From: Vitrella brassicaformis CCMP3155
Lineage: Eukaryota > Protista > Chromerida
DNA: 22,497 nt
Reading direction: 5' to 3'
Assembly (NCBI GenBank): GCA_001179505.1
Contig: CDMY01000769.1
Coordinates: 1-22,497 of the forward strand
Position 1 is the stretch's first letter, and every line of letters begins with the position of its first letter. The notes beneath the pieces were generated by a model. That model was not told where the DNA came from, did no database searches, and was given only the letters and a program-made list of their open reading frames with translations. Made by a program: the position numbers and the translations under genes. Below are positions 21,351-22,497 of this stretch, piece by piece.

Positions 21351-21752
21351 TCCACAGCCCCAGAGCTGACGACAGGGGCGTGAATGTGCTGCAGAAGAAT
21401 GGACGCCTGGTGGCAGCCAGCATCCCGCGATACCTGTTTGACGACATGAGGAAACAGCTGACGTGCCGAAGGGCCGACGCCACACTTGACCACAGGCTGC
21501 TGCAAGGATGGGTGGGGATCCGGCGATACGGCCAAGGGCTGGAAGATTGGCTGAAGCGGCATCGAGAGGCGTACCCGTCTGGGCAACGTCACGCTGCCAC
21601 TCGGGCTCACAGACGATGAATTCAACCTGCTCGTCGATCAGGCACAGCGGAGGGTGCGTGAGCTGGGCACGGACCCGGCGGCTGACGCACTGCCCATGAG
21701 CCGTTTCCTTTGTTGGGTGGCGTCATGGGCGTCATGCATGCATGAGCGATGA
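21351..21752 (+). pseudogene. Possible frameshifted coding remnant of unknown family
   Basis: Acceptor TTGTTTTCAG at 21350 precedes microsatellite-free, protein-like sequence (HSPRADDRGVNVLQKNGRLVAASIPRYLFDDMRKQL...EAYPSG). Removing one G at TCTGGGCAAC (about 21581) continues it as NVTLPLGLTDDEFNLLVDQAQRRVRELG. No start exon found. Confidence 0.3.
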
Positions 21753-22497
21753 AAGTGAGGTGGAAAGGGAGCACTAACACCACATCCCGTCTCTGCAACA
21801 ACAGAAGGCTGCATTCCTCTTTGTTGTGTGTGAAGCGAACATGTGAAGAAGGAGAGCCAGTCAGAGACGTGGTGGCTCGTCGTTATGGTGCGACGGCATT
21901 TCTCGTGCAGAGAGACATTCTTTGTCGAAGGTGCGTGAGAGATGTCGACATAGGCGTTTGTCGGCTGCGTTGAATGCCCATGACCAAGGTGGATGGATGG
22001 ATAGAACTGATGGGCCCGATGGATCATTCGGTTGACATGTTTGAGTGTCTGGTCGGTGTCTCTGTCCATCCCATCCCATCCCGTCATCTGTGTACCCCCA
22101 TAGATTGTGACGACTCATCTCCCCCTCCATCCCTCCCCTCCCCTGTCCGTGGCTGCCCCACCCCCTCCCGCATGAAAGACGTGCGGGTATAAACACGGAG
22201 TCCGCCAGTCACACATATCAGACCAGAGCCCGATGAAGGAGCACTCTTCAAGAAATAAACGACTGACACACACCGACGGGCGCTGAGAGCGCCTCCATAC
22301 ACCCTGGCTCCCACACCCCAAAAAAATAAACACAAACAAAAAAGGCAGAAGCAAAAACAAAAAACCAGGCACCGCACCGACCAGTCCACGACACGCTTCT
22401 GTCATGCACCAGACTATGTGCATTGAAGAAACATTGCAGAAAGAGATTGACCAGCCACCAGGCCGCGGCTGGATGGATGGATGGATGGATGGAGGGG

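Noticed and set aside
21749-22497. ORFs at the right end
   Set aside because: Short, low-complexity or SSR-derived, with no consistent splice-phase model or motifs.

Overview
Eukaryotic, gene-dense window with many short introns rich in simple repeats and one 300-N assembly gap. The style resembles the chromerid Vitrella brassicaformis (inference, not verified). I built spliced models by hand, checking splice sites and phase. In order: a partial minus-strand ORF with an IQ-like motif at the left edge; a secreted protein of unknown function (+); a truncated, rearranged tandem copy of the 3' end of a MATE gene; the intact MATE transporter (-, 12 exons); PCID2/Thp1 (+, 13 exons); a secreted DUF2235/Tle1-like alpha/beta hydrolase (+) with a complete catalytic triad followed by an in-frame TGA; a probably mitochondrial RCC1-repeat protein (-, about 21 exons) head-to-head with a probable mitoribosomal mL53 gene (+); and a degenerate coding remnant near 21.3-21.75 kb. 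A 130-bp inverted duplication of the mL53 3' end brackets the RCC1/mL53 pair. Most ORFs in the supplied track are artefacts of microsatellites or of reading through introns.
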